A stretch of 64,000 nucleotides of DNA, from the NCBI GenBank assembly GCA_945927325.1, contig CAMEMG010000002.1, forward strand, positions 1,489 through 65,488, written 5' to 3'. Of this stretch, positions 28,730-38,725 are shown piece by piece. Each line of letters begins with the position of its first letter. Position 1 is the stretch's first letter. The position numbers were made by a program, and so were the translations under genes. This stretch comes from an uncultured Clostridia bacterium (GTDB lineage Bacteria; Bacillota; Clostridia; Christensenellales; Christensenellaceae). The notes under the pieces are model-generated. The model had not been told where the DNA came from. It saw nothing but the letters and a program-made list of their open reading frames with translations, and ran no database searches.

Positions 28730-29686
28730 ATGAAAAGAGATAAAAAATTAGTTTTTTCCATTTTATCCATCCTATGCCTGTCGGCAGGGATCATCTGGCA
28801 ATCTGTTATGACACAGATTGAAAAAAGCAAATATAATGCAGTTGGAGCTTATGTAGACGTAGAGACTTATCAGGCACATTATTATTCCAAAGGTTCCGGC
28901 GAAACAGCGTTTGTTTTTATTACCGGTTCGGGAACGCCATGCGCCTATACCGATTTCTATGCTCTTCAAAATATGCTTTCCTCCAAAGGGCAGACTATCT
29001 CATTTGACCATGCTGGCAGCGGATGGAGTTCAACCACCGAAGCCGTGCGGTCAATCGATCAAATGACAAATGAGCTTTCCCTATTAATTGATACGGTTGT
29101 GCCGGACAAACCGATTATCCTTATTTGCCATTCGCTCGGTTCTCTTGAGGCCATTCGATACGCACAAGTAAATCCTAAAAAAGTGAGGGGAATTATATTT
29201 TTGGATTGCGGAAGTCCGGAATTCTATAGCACAGATTCCGAATTGCAGGCGGCAATCATAAATAGAGGAACCGCCTTTTTAAGGACCATCGGATTGAATC
29301 GATTGATGGGTGAGTTGGGATGCTTTTTACCGGTATACGGTGAAAACAGCAGAAACAGAAACCTCCCACAAGTTGCTAAGGATATCGATAAAGCAATGTT
29401 CTATCGATTTGCCGGCAATGCCGCTTCGATGCATACCATTCGTCTGATGAATGAAAATGCGGCAGCCGTTTTAAACGGCCCTTCATTAGGAGAAATCCCG
29501 ATTCTTGTCCTTTCTTCCGACAACGGAACTGCATGGAATAAAGTGCAAACTCAGTTGGCTGCATGGTCTGAAAACAGCGAACAAAGGACGATTGAAACAT
29601 CAGAGCACTATTTATATTGGTCGAATTATCATCAGGTTTCAGATTGTGTTGAGTCGTTTATCGAAAAAGTGATTTCAACACGATAA
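28730..29686 (+). CDS. Membrane-anchored alpha/beta hydrolase
   Basis: N-terminal TM, DHAGSGWS, CHSLG nucleophile elbow, C-terminal H. Confidence 0.8.
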   Translation: MKRDKKLVFSILSILCLSAGIIWQSVMTQIEKSKYNAVGAYVDVETYQAHYYSKGSGETAFVFITGSGTPCAYTDFYALQNMLSSKGQTISFDHAGSGWSSTTEAVRSIDQMTNELSLLIDTVVPDKPIILICHSLGSLEAIRYAQVNPKKVRGIIFLDCGSPEFYSTDSELQAAIINRGTAFLRTIGLNRLMGELGCFLPVYGENSRNRNLPQVAKDIDKAMFYRFAGNAASMHTIRLMNENAAAVLNGPSLGEIPILVLSSDNGTAWNKVQTQLAAWSENSEQRTIETSEHYLYWSNYHQVSDCVESFIEKVISTR

Positions 29687-29813
29687 CTTCCGTTTTACTG
29701 AACTGCGCATTATATTTCATTTTTCGTTAATAGAAGAAAATTCTCCATATGATCATATCATACGGAGAATTTGTGTTTACATGCATCATCTTATAAGCGT
29801 GATTCTCTTTTCA

Positions 29814-30743
29814 TCATAGCGAATCCCGCCAAGCTCTAATCTGCGAAATATCTGCCGGGCCGGTACGACAGCACCCACCGATAATATTTGCGCCTGCGGC
29901 ATACCAGCGAGGCGCCCAGGCTGAATAGGCCATCCCGCAGGGAGCCCCTTTCCATACCTTTTCCTGGGGATCGTATATTTCTCCACTGTTCCCGTAAACA
30001 ATAATCGGTTTATCAGATACACGGCGAACTTCCCGAATCAATCCTTCAATCCATTCCGGAGCCGTGCAGTTAATGCCGATTGCCTCTACCCGATCCTGCT
30101 CCTGCAGAAATTCTGCACATTCGGCAATCGGAGTCCCTTCACAGATATGCTGTGCATCCCGACAGCTGAAACTCATCCAGCAGGTCAGCTTCCGTTGCTC
30201 CATAGCCTGCAAAATTGCCCGCGCTTCCCGCAAACTGGGAATCGTTTCGCAAGCAAACAGATCTGCCCCTGCTTCTTCCAACAGCTGCATTCTTTCCCGA
30301 TGGAAATCAATCAATTCTTGTTCCGAGCAGCTATAATTGCCCCGATATTCTGAACCGTCTGCCAGATAAGCTCCATAAGGGCCTACGGAAGCAGCAACGA
30401 TAGGTGGCCTTTTGCCCATTCGCTTTCCCTGTTGCTCCCAATAATCCTCGGCAGCTTCCTTCAATAATTGTACAGAACTTCGAATCAATTGTCTGGCTTG
30501 CGCTTCACTGCATCCTCGCCGCATAAAACCCGGGATCGTCGCCTGATAACTGGCAGAAATACCAATATCCGCACCTGCCGCATAATAATCATAGTGAACC
30601 TGTCGAATTAATTCCGGTTGCTCCATCAACACCTTGGCCGACCACAAGGCATCATTGATATCGCATCCGCGGGCTTCCAATTCCGTTGCCAAAGCACCAT
30701 CCAATACCAAGACTTTCTGTTTCTCCAGCCGTTCTTTTAGCAT
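29814..30743 (-). CDS. mmuM: Homocysteine S-methyltransferase
   Basis: LDGALATELE, ASVGPYGAYLADGSEYRG, GINC, IIGGCC. Confidence 0.92.
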   Translation of the reverse strand: MLKERLEKQKVLVLDGALATELEARGCDINDALWSAKVLMEQPELIRQVHYDYYAAGADIGISASYQATIPGFMRRGCSEAQARQLIRSSVQLLKEAAEDYWEQQGKRMGKRPPIVAASVGPYGAYLADGSEYRGNYSCSEQELIDFHRERMQLLEEAGADLFACETIPSLREARAILQAMEQRKLTCWMSFSCRDAQHICEGTPIAECAEFLQEQDRVEAIGINCTAPEWIEGLIREVRRVSDKPIIVYGNSGEIYDPQEKVWKGAPCGMAYSAWAPRWYAAGANIIGGCCRTGPADISQIRAWRDSL

Positions 30744-30881
30744 GCTGCATTCCCTCCGTCCTTTTTATTTTGGCAAATTACTTGCCTACGCTCGGAAAAT
30801 GAATACTTTCCATTTTCTTTCTTGTTTCAATTAAATCATTTTTATAATAAAAATGGAGCAAAGCTCAGCTTGCTCCATCCT

Positions 30882-30955
30882 TGGCAGCCGAACTAGGATT
30901 CGAACCTAGAAAATACGAGTCAGAGTCGTAGGTGTTACCGTTACACTATTCGGCT
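30882..30955 (-). tRNA. tRNA-Gln(CTG)
   Basis: AGCCGAA acceptor stem, TACGA-CTCTGAC-TCGTA anticodon arm, GGTTCGAATCC, encoded CCA. Confidence 0.95.
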
Positions 30956-30980
30956 ATCTTTACATTATACAATTGAAAAA

Positions 30981-31157
30981 CGATCCCCAGGAATGTCGTC
31001 TGCCCCGTTTTGTAACCCGCCTCCCGGCAGGTGGGTAATCTACTTGAGCCTTTGCGCTTCCCACTCGCAATGGGCCTGCATACCTGGCTTATCAAGACAC
31101 GAAAACCCTTTTACAAAGTGTGGGTCTAAAATCAGGACATAACCAGCACCCCAGGTT
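30981..31157 (-). ncRNA. ssrS: 6S RNA (SsrS), Clostridia type
   Basis: About 177 nt; closing stem CCTGGGGTG/CATTCCTGGG; TACCCACCTG...GCGGGTTACAAAA segment as recalled for clostridial 6S; ends approximate. Confidence 0.75.
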
Positions 31158-31234
<77 letters not shown>

Positions 31235-31389
31235 CTGTGCTATATCTATTATACTCATCTAAAAGAAAAAAGCAAGTTTTTTTATAAAAAACTTTTCAAA
31301 TTTCTCACAATGTTTCATTTGGCCTTTCCTTGCTCCCCTTTTTTTCTTTATGCTATAATAAAATTATAATAGGAGAAAGGAGATTTGCA

Positions 31390-31926
31390 ATGGAAATCAA
31401 TCAGGATAAAATTGCCGCACATAAATTGATGCTCCTCTATTTGCTCCATCATGCCCAGACACCGCTCAGTGAAGAACGCTTATCCGAAATCTGCGCACAA
31501 CTCGGGTTAATGGAATATTTCGATTTAAAAACAAATCTTCATGATTTAACCGAAAATCAATTGATTAACGCAGTCGAGCAAATTAACGGCAGATTTTTCT
31601 CCATTACGGAAACCGGCTGTTCCGCACTTTCTTTTTTCCAGAAAAACCTGTTATTTTCCACTCGCAGCAAAATCGATACTTATCTGCAAGCCCATAAGCA
31701 GGAGCTTTGCCTGGAAGCATCCATTTCTGCCGAATACATCCGCCTTTCCGAGCATCAGTATAGAGTCATTTTGCGTATTTTAGAGAAAAATATACCCGCT
31801 TTTGAAATCAGCTTTCTCGCGGAATCGGCTGCTGAAGCAGATAAATATGTAACTGCATGGCGCACCCGCGCGCTTCACATCTATCGTTCCACCTTTGAAA
31901 CATTGCTTTCCAAGCAGATTCCTTGA
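31390..31926 (+). CDS. DUF4364 family winged-helix protein
   Basis: KLMLLYLL, MEYFDL, FSITETG, Y.V.LRI.E pattern. Confidence 0.7.
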   Translation: MEINQDKIAAHKLMLLYLLHHAQTPLSEERLSEICAQLGLMEYFDLKTNLHDLTENQLINAVEQINGRFFSITETGCSALSFFQKNLLFSTRSKIDTYLQAHKQELCLEASISAEYIRLSEHQYRVILRILEKNIPAFEISFLAESAAEADKYVTAWRTRALHIYRSTFETLLSKQIP

Positions 31927-31982
31927 TTTTCCTTCTGAAAATTATCTGCTGCAAATAAAAAAAGAGGCTCAAGCCTCTTTTT

Positions 31983-32456
31983 TTATTCTTCAATATATAC
32001 TTTTTCCATTACCACATCCGTATAAGGCCGATCGTTATAATCCGTCATGCTATTGGCAATCTCATCTACCACTTCCATACCTTCCACTACTTTGCCAAAA
32101 GCCGCATACTGTCCATCCAGGTAAGGTGCATCCTCATGCATGATGAAGAACTGCGAGCCTGCCGAATCCGGATCCATCGCTCTGGCCATCGAAATCACGC
32201 CCCGAACGTGTTTAATCGGGTTATCATAGCCATTGGCTGCAAATTCCCCTTTAATCGTATGGCCTGGGCCTCCCATGCCTGTCCCTTCCGGGCAGCCGCC
32301 TTGAATCATAAAACCGGAAATTACACGATGGAAGATAAGCCCATCATAAAAACCCTCTTCGACCAGCTCCTTGAAATTTTCAACAGTAATAGGAGCTGCG
32401 TCTGCATCCAGCTCAATCTTGATTTTTCCCATTCCTTTTACTTCAATTACAACCAT
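31983..32456 (-). CDS. ppiB: Cyclophilin-type peptidyl-prolyl isomerase
   Basis: APITVENF, FHRVISGFMIQGG, SMAR..DPDSAGSQFFI, YAAFG. Confidence 0.92.
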   Translation of the reverse strand: MVVIEVKGMGKIKIELDADAAPITVENFKELVEEGFYDGLIFHRVISGFMIQGGCPEGTGMGGPGHTIKGEFAANGYDNPIKHVRGVISMARAMDPDSAGSQFFIMHEDAPYLDGQYAAFGKVVEGMEVVDEIANSMTDYNDRPYTDVVMEKVYIEE

Positions 32457-32496
32457 ATTTTTCTCCTTCATTTGTGATATTGTTATATAGTGCTGA

Positions 32497-34617
32497 TCAA
32501 TAATTCAAAACCAGTACTTTTTCTGCATCTTGAGCATCCCGCCGTATAATCCGATGGGTCTTGGTGCCATGGGCCAACCACTGCTCCAAAACTTCATTGG
32601 CTTCTCCTCCATAACTGCGCACTGCCGAAAGCGCATAGCGGATACCATAGGCATCCAATCGATCCATTAATGCCATCAATTCCCGCTCATCCTGGGCAGA
32701 CCACCCAAGTTGACGGTTATAATAAGTTTCTGCACCTATATAAGGCGGGTCAAAATAGAGAAAATCTTCCTGAGAAAGGGCAGAAACATCTATCCTGCGG
32801 AAATCCATAGGACAAAAATTCACCTGTCGCTGCTCCAAACGCTGTAAAAATGCCTGAAGCTTCGTTTGCATACTGATATTCCAATCCCGTTTCCCGACCG
32901 GCAAATTGAATTCTCCCGCCCGGTTAAAACGCGGCATATTATTAAATCCGTAGACCAGCAATACATACAGCATCGCATAATAATGCATATCCTGCAATGT
33001 TTCCTGATTGAAATCTTCTCTCAGTTTTGCATAAGCTTCTTTATTAACGTTTGCCAGGCCTTCTTCCGCACTAACGCCATAATAAGCATAGCCATATTCC
33101 CACGAACGGGAAAGTGCATATTCTCCAATAATCTGCTCTACTTCCCGTATAAACGCTGAACCGGAAACCTGCATTGCCTCAAACAGAGCCATTACCACTG
33201 CATCCTGATCGACAAATACAACTTCCTGCGCCACTGCATTCAGCCCCACGCTGCATCCTCCGGCAAATACGTCCCAAAAACGCTTGCATTGTGCAGGAAA
33301 ATAAGGCAGAATACGTTCCAATTCCCGATATTTTCCGCCGGTAAAATTAATGGGAGAGTCCACCAATTCGGCCTGCCGATCCCCACAGCAACATACGATC
33401 AATCCGCCTTTCAGATTCGTATTTTCCCGAATTTGTTCGGGTATTTTCTTAAATTCATAAGAAAGCAGCATCTGTGCATCGTTTTCTCCACCACCTGCAA
33501 ATGGCGGAAATGCAATGTGAACGCTTCCCTTCATCCGCATTGCTGCAAGCATCTCTTCCACCGTCAATTTTGCAGAAGATCGGCTTCCCCGCCCTTCCTG
33601 TTTTTCCGGCAGCGCCGCCAGAATCACTTTTGCTTTGCATTGCGCAACCAGCTGTGCAAACACTTCTCCTGCGCCCTTTTTGCAGTAAAGGCTTTTGATA
33701 TGCCCGCGTGGACTTTTCATTGCTTTCCCTTTGAGCACCGGTTTATTCCACATGGCTATATTCTCCGGCAGGTGATAAATATCACTGTATTGCCGGGAAT
33801 CGATTGGCGGATCCAGATAAGCAACATCGCTGTAAGTATATGCCGCAAGCATATTGGCATCGGTATTGAATATACGATTTTCCGGATTATTTTCATTAAA
33901 AACAGCCGGCATATGTAATTCTAATGGATTCCACTTGACGGGCGCACTCTTAAACGTATCATAATGCGCATAGATATTGGCCGCTTCATCCATGGCATGC
34001 AGCAAAGAAGCAATCAGTACTGCGCGCTCTCTGGCATTAATCTGAGCACAGGAAAATTTCTCCTCAATATCCTCCCGGATATAACCGATTTTACGCGCGA
34101 CGGCAGGCCCAAAATATTTACCGCCAAAATATTCGGAAACATAATTTTCGCCGCCCGGCATCACACGATTATATTCGGCAATCTGGTGGGAAAGCTTATG
34201 CATATCAATATTCTCCGGTGCATACCACGCTTGCAGAAACACATAAGAAGAATAGAGCAAGTCGTTGACAATCAGAATTTTATCTGAAAATGCTGCAGCA
34301 GAGCCGCCTACACCGGCAAAATAGTCAGCAAAGCTTTCAAATCCGGGGCAAAACTGTTCCGCAGTATCCCGAATAAACTCGCTATATTTCGCTTTGCCTC
34401 CCAGATAGCGCTTCTCCTCCTGATCAAAGGCCAGCGCATCCCGCGTGCTCTTACGAGCCAGTGCACAGACAATCGCCGTTGCATCCTGTTCGCTCCACCA
34501 ATAACGCCCGCCTCGTTTGACAGGCATTGAAACTTCCCCACTGTCAATCAGGCTATACAGCATTTTTTTGGAAATACCCAAACTTTTAATTAACGCGCTT
34601 GTGCCAATATAGCCCAT
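32497..34617 (-). CDS. Orphan DNA adenine methyltransferase: N-terminal HTH plus two D12-class MTase domains (M.FokI/M.StsI-like architecture)
   Basis: Domain 1: RYLGGK, DYFAGVG, YLDPPI..RQY. Domain 2: SPINFTGGK, DVFAGG, FNLPVGKR, YFDPPY, VLVLNY. Confidence 0.8.
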   Translation of the reverse strand: MGYIGTSALIKSLGISKKMLYSLIDSGEVSMPVKRGGRYWWSEQDATAIVCALARKSTRDALAFDQEEKRYLGGKAKYSEFIRDTAEQFCPGFESFADYFAGVGGSAAAFSDKILIVNDLLYSSYVFLQAWYAPENIDMHKLSHQIAEYNRVMPGGENYVSEYFGGKYFGPAVARKIGYIREDIEEKFSCAQINARERAVLIASLLHAMDEAANIYAHYDTFKSAPVKWNPLELHMPAVFNENNPENRIFNTDANMLAAYTYSDVAYLDPPIDSRQYSDIYHLPENIAMWNKPVLKGKAMKSPRGHIKSLYCKKGAGEVFAQLVAQCKAKVILAALPEKQEGRGSRSSAKLTVEEMLAAMRMKGSVHIAFPPFAGGGENDAQMLLSYEFKKIPEQIRENTNLKGGLIVCCCGDRQAELVDSPINFTGGKYRELERILPYFPAQCKRFWDVFAGGCSVGLNAVAQEVVFVDQDAVVMALFEAMQVSGSAFIREVEQIIGEYALSRSWEYGYAYYGVSAEEGLANVNKEAYAKLREDFNQETLQDMHYYAMLYVLLVYGFNNMPRFNRAGEFNLPVGKRDWNISMQTKLQAFLQRLEQRQVNFCPMDFRRIDVSALSQEDFLYFDPPYIGAETYYNRQLGWSAQDERELMALMDRLDAYGIRYALSAVRSYGGEANEVLEQWLAHGTKTHRIIRRDAQDAEKVLVLNY

Positions 34618-34804
34618 GCTCCTGTGCCCCTTTCTAACCAATTTGCGACAGAATTCCCTTTTATTCTACCATTCTCCGCCATTTCTTACAATGTGAAAAG
34701 AAGCATTTCTCAGGCCTTTCCCCACAAAAAAAGAAAGTTTTTATAGGTATGATGGGAAATTGCTCATCCTTGCCAATCCCCATCTTTCCTGTAAAATCAA
34801 AATC

Positions 34805-35371
34805 TCAACCTAAAAAATAGCCCATATCCAGTCGCACTTCTCTTCTTTGCATATCCTGATTAGAATAGCAGCAACTGTCAAAACCAATGAGCACAAAGCC
34901 TTCTTTTCTATAAAATGCAATTGCTCCGACATTGCAGGATTGCGTTTCCAAAATAATGGCACGCCTCTTTTCCCGCTTTGCCTGCTCTTTGGCAATGGCC
35001 ATAAGTTGATGCCCAACACCCTGCCTTCTCATTTCTTCATGTACCCACAGTTCGGTGATGATCAGCCGATTACTCCATTCTTCGGGGCAGGTCTCAATAC
35101 AGGCTCGGAGTTCTCTTTTGCCGTTCCGCTCTTCAACAATTCCCCATGCAGTAGCCTTTTCCCAATCCGCTTGATATAACTTATCCGGAAAATCGTATTC
35201 TTCGGGATAATGAGAAATCGGAGGATCTGCTTTGCGCTTCTGCAATTTGATTTGAAACCCTTCTTCCATATCTTCCATCTGAATATCATAATAAGCTTCC
35301 GTCGTATAACGCATAGGGATGACCGTGCCTTCCCATTGTTCTTTGGGAAGATAAATCAGTTCGTATTTCAT
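34805..35371 (-). CDS. GNAT family acetyltransferase
   Basis: ELWV...RRQGVG, LETQSCN..AIAFY...GF. Confidence 0.85.
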   Translation of the reverse strand: MKYELIYLPKEQWEGTVIPMRYTTEAYYDIQMEDMEEGFQIKLQKRKADPPISHYPEEYDFPDKLYQADWEKATAWGIVEERNGKRELRACIETCPEEWSNRLIITELWVHEEMRRQGVGHQLMAIAKEQAKREKRRAIILETQSCNVGAIAFYRKEGFVLIGFDSCCYSNQDMQRREVRLDMGYFLG

Positions 35372-35464
35372 TTTCTAACCTCTCATGCAAATTTTCACAT
35401 ACAATAAAGGAGACTGCTCTGTGCCGGGCCGTCTCCCTACGTTCAATTTGCTTTTATGCACTCC

Positions 35465-36016
35465 TTACAGCAGCGCTTCATTGTAAACTGCACGGGAACC
35501 ACCTACAAATTTGGGGCGCACCCGAGCACAGATAATATTTGCTTCTCCGATTTGTTTAATACTCAGACGAGTAGGAACAGCAACCGGCGCCAAATGCATA
35601 CCGATCAGGGTGCCGCCGATATCAATGCCCGCCTTTGCCCGAATGTTTTCCACCATGGTCGGCTGGCAAAACTGTTCATAAGCAGTCGTCGCAAAGGAAC
35701 CGCCTGCCTTGGGCTGCGGCACCACGTTGACCTCTTCATATCCATATTTTTCTGCTGCTGCCCGTTCAATCACCAGGCTGCGGTTCAAATGCTCACAGCA
35801 CTGTGCCGCCAAATAAATTCCTTTTTCCAAAAGTACCGGATAGATCCCCGAAAAAATCGCCTCGGCCAGCTCCTTATTGGAATAGGAACCTATTTTGTGT
35901 CCTGCTACCTCGCTGGTAGAGCAACCTACTACAAAAATATCTCCCGCTTTCAAATGCGCTGCCTGCACCAACTCTTCTGTTGCCTGCCGCGCCTGCTTTG
36001 TAATTTCTTCAAACAT
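35465..36016 (-). CDS. TIGR01440/DUF436 (YwlG-like) protein
   Basis: VVGCSTSEV, QCCEHLNR, AGIDIGGTLIGMH, RPKFVGGSRA. Confidence 0.88.
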   Translation of the reverse strand: MFEEITKQARQATEELVQAAHLKAGDIFVVGCSTSEVAGHKIGSYSNKELAEAIFSGIYPVLLEKGIYLAAQCCEHLNRSLVIERAAAEKYGYEEVNVVPQPKAGGSFATTAYEQFCQPTMVENIRAKAGIDIGGTLIGMHLAPVAVPTRLSIKQIGEANIICARVRPKFVGGSRAVYNEALL

Positions 36017-36054
36017 TTTCTTCCTTCTTTCTGTTAAGCAGCCATTCATCGGCA

Positions 36055-36759
36055 TTATTCTGCTGCTTCCAGCATTTTTATTAAAATCCGCGCCGACTGA
36101 TCGGCCACTATCTGTTCAAAATGATCAATGGATTCGTGGGCATTTTCATCTGCCAAATCCGAAATACACCGCACAATCACCGCCGCAATTCCGTTTTCTT
36201 CTGCGACTTGAGCAATTGCGCCTCCCTCCATTTCCGCCGCATAGGCATCATATAATTCCCGCAATTCCAATTTCATACTCCGCTCGCTGACAAATACATC
36301 CCCGGTTGCAATCAGGCCGCGATGAATCTTTTCTGCGGGAAGCACTTTTTCCGCCGCAGCCTGAAACTGTGCCACCAGCACTGCATCAGCTCTAAAGATC
36401 GTAGGCTTGCTCTTATCCGGCCCATGCATACAGGCTTTGGCGTACCCCACCGGCGTCAAATCAAAATCATGCTGCAGAGAAGCATCCCCAATTACAATAT
36501 CCCCTACATGCAGGCCACAGGCGATGCCGCCGGCAATACCGGTATTCACCAACCGTTTCACATCAAAGCGATCGATCAGCATCTGTGCGCACATGGCTGC
36601 ATTCACTTTACCCATGCCGGACTGCGTCAATACCACCGGCTGCCCGGCAATACTCCCGCGATAAAACACTTTATTCCCGCAGCAAATTTCCTGTTCATGC
36701 TGCATTTGCGCACGCAACAGCGCAATTTCGCTTTCCATAGCTCCTATAATGCCCCACAT
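36055..36759 (-). CDS. mtnN: 5'-methylthioadenosine/S-adenosylhomocysteine nucleosidase
   Basis: GIIGAMESE, SGMGKVNAA, TGDVF, EMEGGAIAQ, RCISD. Confidence 0.92.
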   Translation of the reverse strand: MWGIIGAMESEIALLRAQMQHEQEICCGNKVFYRGSIAGQPVVLTQSGMGKVNAAMCAQMLIDRFDVKRLVNTGIAGGIACGLHVGDIVIGDASLQHDFDLTPVGYAKACMHGPDKSKPTIFRADAVLVAQFQAAAEKVLPAEKIHRGLIATGDVFVSERSMKLELRELYDAYAAEMEGGAIAQVAEENGIAAVIVRCISDLADENAHESIDHFEQIVADQSARILIKMLEAAE

Positions 36760-36763
36760 TTGC

Positions 36764-37702
36764 TTAACTCTCCTTTGTAAACATTCTGGTCGACAAATAG
36801 CGCTCTCCGGAATCTACCAACAGCACTACAATGCGTTTTCCTGCATTTTCCGGCCTTTTCGCCAGTTGCAGAGCCGCATAAGCGGCTGCTCCCGAAGAGA
36901 TTCCTACCAGCAGAGCTTCTTTTTGAGCCAGTTCTCTTGCACAGGCAAATGCATCATCCGCTTCTACTGTCAACACTTCATCAATCAGTTCCCGCTCGAG
37001 TACCTCAGGAATAAAGCCCGCGCCGATTCCCTGCAATTCATGCGGCCCTGCCGGCTTCCCGGAAAGTACAGCCGATGTTGCCGGCTCTACTGCCACAATT
37101 TGAATCCTCGGATTCTTTTCCTTCAAATATTTTCCCGTTCCCGTAATCGTTCCACCTGTTCCGACACCGGCCACAAAAATATCTATTTCCCCCTGGGTAT
37201 CCTCCCATATCTCCGGGCCTGTCGTTTTATAATGTGCCGCCGGATTTTCCGGGTTGACAAACTGACCGGGAATCATACTATTCTCTATCTGCCGGTGCAG
37301 TTCCTCTGCTTTCTGAATACTGCCCGCCATGCCAAGTTCGCCTGGCGTCAGCACAATCTCAGCTCCATAGGCCTGCAACAGTTTTATGCGTTCCACACTC
37401 ATGGTATCAGGCATCGTAAAAATGCAATGATATCCTTTTGCCGCTGCCACAAATGCCAAACCTATCCCTGTATTGCCGCTTGTCGGCTCTATGATTGTCG
37501 CCCCGGGCTTCAAAATTCCTTCCGCTTCTGCCGCTTCGATCATCTGTCTGGCTACGCGATCCTTTGCACTGCCCGCCGGATTCCGACTCTCCAGCTTTGC
37601 TATCAACTCTGCTTTTACTCCGTGCAACTGCGCAAATTGCTGCAATCGGATCAGCGGGGTTTTCCCGATCAATTCATATGCATGTTCATATATTTTTCCC
37701 AT
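36764..37702 (-). CDS. cysK: Cysteine synthase A
   Basis: NPAGSAKDR, EPTSGNTG, GVGTGGT, QGIG, DSGERYLS. Confidence 0.95.
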   Translation of the reverse strand: MGKIYEHAYELIGKTPLIRLQQFAQLHGVKAELIAKLESRNPAGSAKDRVARQMIEAAEAEGILKPGATIIEPTSGNTGIGLAFVAAAKGYHCIFTMPDTMSVERIKLLQAYGAEIVLTPGELGMAGSIQKAEELHRQIENSMIPGQFVNPENPAAHYKTTGPEIWEDTQGEIDIFVAGVGTGGTITGTGKYLKEKNPRIQIVAVEPATSAVLSGKPAGPHELQGIGAGFIPEVLERELIDEVLTVEADDAFACARELAQKEALLVGISSGAAAYAALQLAKRPENAGKRIVVLLVDSGERYLSTRMFTKES

Positions 37703-37728
37703 TGCTATTTCCTCCGTGTTCGCTTCTT

Positions 37729-37757
37729 ATGGTAGTGAAAGACTGCCGGTTTGTCAA
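37729..37757 (-). promoter_or_regulatory. Putative sigmaA promoter of the cysK-mtnN operon
   Basis: TTGACA-17 nt-TACCAT. Confidence 0.55.
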
Positions 37758-37816
37758 TCAGCATCCCTGAAACAAAATATCATTTCATATTTTCCAAATT
37801 CGCCCGTTTTGTTTTC

Positions 37817-38644
37817 CTATACTTCTTTTCGTTTTACCTGTATTGCAATTTCATTAATATACAATCCGTGCTCCTCACCTGTCAGCGTATTAAAAAGGCT
37901 CTTTTCATAAGCATGGCCACAAATCTTATAGCCGCGCTCTTCAATCCATTCGGCCATAGTCTGGTAAGCAGGGCTGAGCGTTCCATAGGTTCCACGGTGA
38001 TATAGCACTGCATACGTTCCCGCTGGTCGAAGTAACAACTGTTCCGTTTCTGCCATCTGCCCCTCCCAGGGCATGGCATATCCGTAGACGTGTTCAAAAT
38101 CTTTTGCCTGCAACTTTTCCTGCGGTAGAATACAGTAAATTTCCTGCGTGAATCCCTCGCCGGCCGCACGGGACATTCGATAAAGTTTCAGTAAACTGTA
38201 AATATATTCCCGCTTATTCTGTTCTCTACAAGGCAAACTGAGCAGCTTTTCTTCCTGCATTTCGCGCAGGCGGATCTCCGGCTCCTTTCTACTCATAGCT
38301 TGCCCCAATTGATGACGCGTACCGGCAAGTTTATCTACCATCTGAGAAAGCCGTTCAATCTCCTGCTGCAGGCGTTTCTGCTGCTCCCCCAATACCTGCA
38401 GATATGCTTCCGGTGTTCTCACATGCAAATAAGCGCGTATTTCTTCAATGGAAAGCCCCAATTCCCGAAAAGTAAGTATCAGTCGCAGCTCCGCTGCCTG
38501 CTGAAGTGAATAATAGCGATAATGGTTTCCCGCTCGTTGTTGCGGGCATAACAACCCGATTTTATCATAATAAAATACTGTTTGTTTGGATACTCCCAGC
38601 AGTTCAGCCAGTTCGCCACTGGTCAGATAAAATACACGATCCAT
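37817..38644 (-). CDS. MerR family multidrug regulator (BltR-like, GyrI-type effector domain)
   Basis: GELAELLGVSKQTVFYYDKIGLL, YRYYS, RPAGTYA. Confidence 0.88.
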   Translation of the reverse strand: MDRVFYLTSGELAELLGVSKQTVFYYDKIGLLCPQQRAGNHYRYYSLQQAAELRLILTFRELGLSIEEIRAYLHVRTPEAYLQVLGEQQKRLQQEIERLSQMVDKLAGTRHQLGQAMSRKEPEIRLREMQEEKLLSLPCREQNKREYIYSLLKLYRMSRAAGEGFTQEIYCILPQEKLQAKDFEHVYGYAMPWEGQMAETEQLLLRPAGTYAVLYHRGTYGTLSPAYQTMAEWIEERGYKICGHAYEKSLFNTLTGEEHGLYINEIAIQVKRKEV

Positions 38645-38654
38645 CTATTTCTCC

Positions 38655-38685
38655 TTGACTATATACCAACTATATACTTTATGAT
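38655..38685 (+). promoter_or_regulatory. MerR-type promoter/operator of the MATE gene
   Basis: TTGACT-19 nt-TATGAT with TATATA-CCAAC-TATATA dyad in the spacer; the 19-bp spacer is the MerR hallmark. Confidence 0.8.
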
Positions 38686-38725
38686 AAATATCATCCTTTT
38701 TTAATTTCTTTAAACGGAGAATTCT

